Assembly (NCBI GenBank): GCA_043228905.1
Contig: JBHGNT010000014.1
Span: forward strand, 10,106,001-10,170,000
Direction of reading: 5' to 3'
DNA: 64,000 nucleotides
Source of the DNA: Azolla caroliniana
Lineage: Eukaryota > Plantae > Polypodiophyta
Position 1 is the stretch's first letter; each line of letters begins with the position of its first letter. Below the pieces are notes generated by a model, which saw only the letters and a list, made by a program, of their open reading frames with translations, was not told the DNA's origin and made no database searches. Shown here piece by piece: positions 60,101 to 64,000 of the stretch. Made by a program: the position numbers and the translations under genes.

Positions 60101-62727
60101 AGAAGAACGGTAAAATCCGCGTGTGTGTAGATTACAGGAAACTAAATGCAGCCACAATTACGGATGCATTCCCTCTTCCGTTCACGGATGGAGTACTGGA
60201 TGCCGTCGCCGGCCATGAAGTTTATAGCTTTTTAGACGGGTTCAGCGGATACAATCAAATCCGGATGCAGGAGAAGACAGCGTTCGTCACCGAATGGGGG
60301 GTGTTTGTGGCCGTAGTAATGATGTTCGGACTAAAAACGGCACCAGCAACTTTCCAGTGAATCATCATGGAGATCTTCGGCGAATACATTCCAGCCTTCA
60401 TGCAGGTTTTCCTGGATGACTTTGCAGTCTATAGCCGAGAAAAAGACCATTTGCAGCACCTACGGTTATGCCTTGAAAAGTGTAGGTTATACCGGCTAAG
60501 CTTAAATCCAGCAAAATGCATCTTTGGGGTTTCAAGTGGAATCTTACTGGGACACATTGTAAGTAAGGAGGGCATTGCGGTCGACCCGGACAAAGTAAAC
60601 GCGATACTAGGGGCACCGGTGCCGAAAACGGCCAAAGCACTAAGCCGATTCTTAGGACAGATCCGGTGGCACAGCCGGATGCTCCGTCACTTGGCTGACT
60701 TGGCTACACCATTACACACCGCGGTACATCGGACACCGTTCCAATGGACGGATACGGAGGATAAGGCATACAATGCCCTGAAGGTACTTTTGTCGCAAGC
60801 ACCCGTCGTGCAGCCTCCGGATTGGAGCAAGGAATTTCATGTGTTCGTGGACGCTTCCGACATCGCTATCGGCAGCGCCTTAATGCAACTTACGGAGCCT
60901 AAATGGTACCGGCCGGTATATTACGCCAGCCGGAAGCTGTCCCAAGCGGAGAAGAACTATTCGACTACGGAACGGGAGGCCCTGGGCATGATCTACAGTG
61001 TAACAAAGTTTCGTCATTACCTATTGGGAAGGAAGTTCTCCTTTCATGTGGATCACTCGGCGCTCCTGTACTTAGTGTCCAAGGCGTCCCTGACCGGTAA
61101 GTTGGCCCGTTGGACCTTGCTGTTGCAGGAGTTCGAATTCGAGATCTTCCACCGGCCCGGTATCCAGCATGCCGTAGCAGACTACCTGAGCTGGTTAGAG
61201 TCCGGAGAATCAGGCGTCGGAGTATCGGATGAATTCCCGGACGCAGAGTTATTCCGTATCACCCCGGAAACAGCAGCGGACGACACGGTGGCATCAGAAG
61301 ATAAGTGGCTGACAAACATGCACCAGTTCCTAAGCACGGGCCTGCCACCGGAGGAAATGAACCGGGACGAGAGGAAACGACTGGTGGTGCAGAGCCGCAA
61401 TTTCTGTCTGTTACGGGACACTCTCTACCACAAGGGAGCAGATGGAATATGGAGACGGGCAGTCCGTAGTGACGAGAAACAAGTAATCTTACGGGAAGCA
61501 CACTGTGGGGTTGCCGGAGGACACTATGCCGGGGAAGCGACGGCAAGGAAAGTATGGCAGAGCGGCTTATGGTGGCCCACGACGTTAAAAGACGCCGTCA
61601 AGTATGCTAAGGAATGTGACCTATGCCAACGAATGGGCCAGCCTACGGAGCAAGCACGTATGCCACACCAACCGGTACTTCCACTAGAGCCATTCCAGAA
61701 GTGGGGGTTGGATTTTGTCGGACCGTTCAAGCCACCGGCAATGAGAACAGGTAATCGTTATGTCATCGTGGCAACAGATTATTGCACTAAATGGGTGGAG
61801 GCTAAGGCCTTGAGAGACAACACCGCGTCATCCACAGCAAAATTCCTGTACGAGAACATTTGGTGCCGATATGGATGTCCGATTGAATTAATCAGCGACC
61901 AAGGAGGGCACTTCCTCGGCCAGGTAGTTGAAAGCTTAACAACGTTCTATGCCGTGGTCCATAAACGGAGCACACCGTACTACCCACAAGCAAACGGGTT
62001 AGCAGAGTCAACCAACAAAACGCTCCAGAACATTCTCCGCAAAATCGTCAATGAAAACCGGACGGACTAGGATACAAAGCTCCATAGCGCGCTATGGGCG
62101 TACCGAACGGCATACAAAACAAGTATCCGGACAACGCCGTTCCGGTTAGCGTTCGGCTTAGAGGCGGTCATGCCGGTGGAATTTCAGGTACCAAGCTTAC
62201 GGATCCAACTACGGGAACGGCTGAATGAAAAGGAGTCGGAGGAAATGCGGCTAGCAGCACTATGCGAACTGGAGGAGCAACGGCTGGCCAGCATCCTACA
62301 CATGGAACTGGAGCAACGACGACGGAAAGCGTTCGTTGACCGTCACCGGAAAGGTAATGAGAAGATGTTCGAAATCGGAAAGCCGGTGCTAGTATTCCAA
62401 ACGAGGATGGGCAAGATGCCGGGTAAACTCCGGTTTAGATGGACAGGCCCGTATTGGCTGACACGGGAATACAACGGGTCCTATCAGTTAGGGACACTTG
62501 CCGGTGAAGTGCTAGGCAAGTGGGTCAACGGATTTAGACTAAAGCCCTATAAAGGACCGATGCCAAGTAACCCGTTTATGCAGCCCACCGGCACTATACC
62601 GGGAACCTGTCCGGGAACGGTACGGATGGAAGAAAAAGACGACGGGGAACCCGTAGCAGAGGCGAAGGAAGACACGGCAACCCATAAGGAAAACGGTAAG
62701 GGTCCGAAGGGACTTACGGATGTGTAA
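57181..62727 (+). pseudogene. gag-pol: B2 gag-pol polyprotein in one frame, two nonsense codons (60358, 62068) and a short RT deletion
   Basis: Three CCHC knuckles; VIDGGSG protease; FLDD; FVDASD; HHCC; ISDQG; WTGPY. All three ORF pieces are in the same frame. Confidence 0.92.
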
Positions 62728-63117
62728 GATCACATACCGTCATTAAAAGAAAAAAAAATAAAAATAAAAAAAAAAATAAAAAAAAAAAAATCATTAAAAA
62801 TCGAGGTATGAACGGACGTGAAAGCAAGGAGCGAAAAGGTACGTAGTGGGCATTTAAGAGCCGCCACGTTACTTAATACTAAATTGGTACACGACGTGCG
62901 CATGCTCGGAAAAGGCGCCAAGACGCACAGAGAAAAAACAGAACGCAGGGAGACCTTTTTTTTTCGCGAGCCAAGAAGCACAGAAGCACCAAGGCGGTGG
63001 AAGCTTAGCAAACGCGAACTTGCACTCAGAGAACCCCCACGTTCGGAACTCTCTCTCTCTCGCTCTCACTCTCATCACCACTCTACCTCGCCATCTTTCC
63101 TCGACCTCAAAGCAGAC

Positions 63118-64000
63118 ATGGACCCACAAACGTTGTCGGAAGCGGCCAAGAAATGGCTCAGGCAACACGGACTGGAGGGGTTCTTGACCATCATGGAGGC
63201 ACCACCGCACAAAGAAGCCGACCGGGTCATCAAGGAGCTCGACACAGAAGTCATCACCGAGGAAGCAATCCGTGCGCTAACAGGCCTTCCGGAGGGAGGT
63301 ATTTTTCAGATCGATAACCGAACCTCGGAGCAACTCATCCGATATTTCGGTGAGTACTCTCTAGCCGGCAAAGGCTATCGAACGCAGGGCGGCGAAGATC
63401 CGCTATTCAGTGAGATAGCTCGAGTGCTCCATGAGTACGGCCACGTGTACCCCCGACCCCCTGTCATGCCAAAAAATCGGGCAAGGATGATCATAGCCAC
63501 CTATGAAGGGATCAAGGTGGACTGGCCGGTGTTGATTGCAGACGGTTTGTGCGCGGCAATCGACATGGTACGAGGAAAGGACGCAAGGAGGGCCGGAAGC
63601 TGTGGCATGCCATAGCTCAGTGGATAACATTGCTCGTGCCGCCGGTCGAGACCGTTCAGCGAAAGAAGCGGCCAAGATTATCGGAAGGAAGCACCTCGAA
63701 GCCCGCGTCCAAACGACAGCAGCTGCTGGCGTCGAAGGCGACGAAAGGGAAGAAACGGCTCCCAGAACCGGAGGAGGTGTCACCGGTCCTACCCGTTAAG
63801 ATAACCATACGGCGACCGGGACAGAAGGAACCGGAACCCTTGACGGCACAGAAACATGCCGTTACCCAGGAAGAGGAAACGGAGGAGCCAGAAGAGCACC
63901 TCCAACGACGGTCAAGAAGTAGGACCGCCAGGACAGCGGGGGAGCGTTCGGACCCGCAAAAGGAAGAAACGCCCCCAACTCAACCTGAGCAAACCGCAAG
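63118..64000 (+). pseudogene. B2 ORF3 N-terminal part, frameshifted near 63600
   Basis: ATG at 63118 (MDPQTLSEAAKKWL...YFGEYS..GKGYRT...DPLFSEI...YEGIKVDW); homologous to C ORF3. Confidence 0.75.

Larger units (their letters stand above)
56409..64000 (+). mobile_element. Element B2: non-chromoviral Gypsy (possibly Phygy/Selgy-like), continuing beyond the window
   Basis: 5' LTR 56409-56827; PBS TGGCGACCACG (56834-56844, tRNA-Arg-like); single-frame gag-pol; ORF3. Confidence 0.93.

Noticed and set aside
60358-62070. Stops splitting B2 gag-pol into separate genes
   Set aside because: Same frame throughout; C has Arg at the first site and the second is a typical integrase W-D motif, so both look like single transitions (CGA to TGA, TGG to TAG).

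Overview
Land-plant nuclear DNA, probably a fern or other seed-free plant (inferred from the transposon lineages and the OSTC sequence). It is almost entirely nested LTR retrotransposons around one intact host gene, OSTC (9064-9522, minus). Element labels used below: A = GC-rich non-chromoviral Gypsy (1-5900). B1, B2 and C = a non-chromoviral Gypsy family with an extra 3' ORF. W, X, Y and Z = four chromodomain-bearing Tcn1/Sushi-like chromoviruses with exact 5-bp TSDs; W is intact. D, E, F and G = decayed Copia elements. There are also solo LTRs, a local tandem duplication and a degenerate organelle-type tRNA-Trp. Most unusual signals: (1) in B1 and C the polypurine tract is replaced by a sense copy of a tRNA-Arg 3' end with CCA, 2 nt from the 3' LTR, suggesting tRNA priming of both strands; (2) the chromovirus LTRs start with an antisense tRNA-like A-box/B-box cassette that folds as a rod; (3) the chromoviruses have a Tf1-type self-priming PBS with a compensatory base change across copies; (4) two different -1 frameshift cassettes. 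All comparisons were made by eye; no searches were run.
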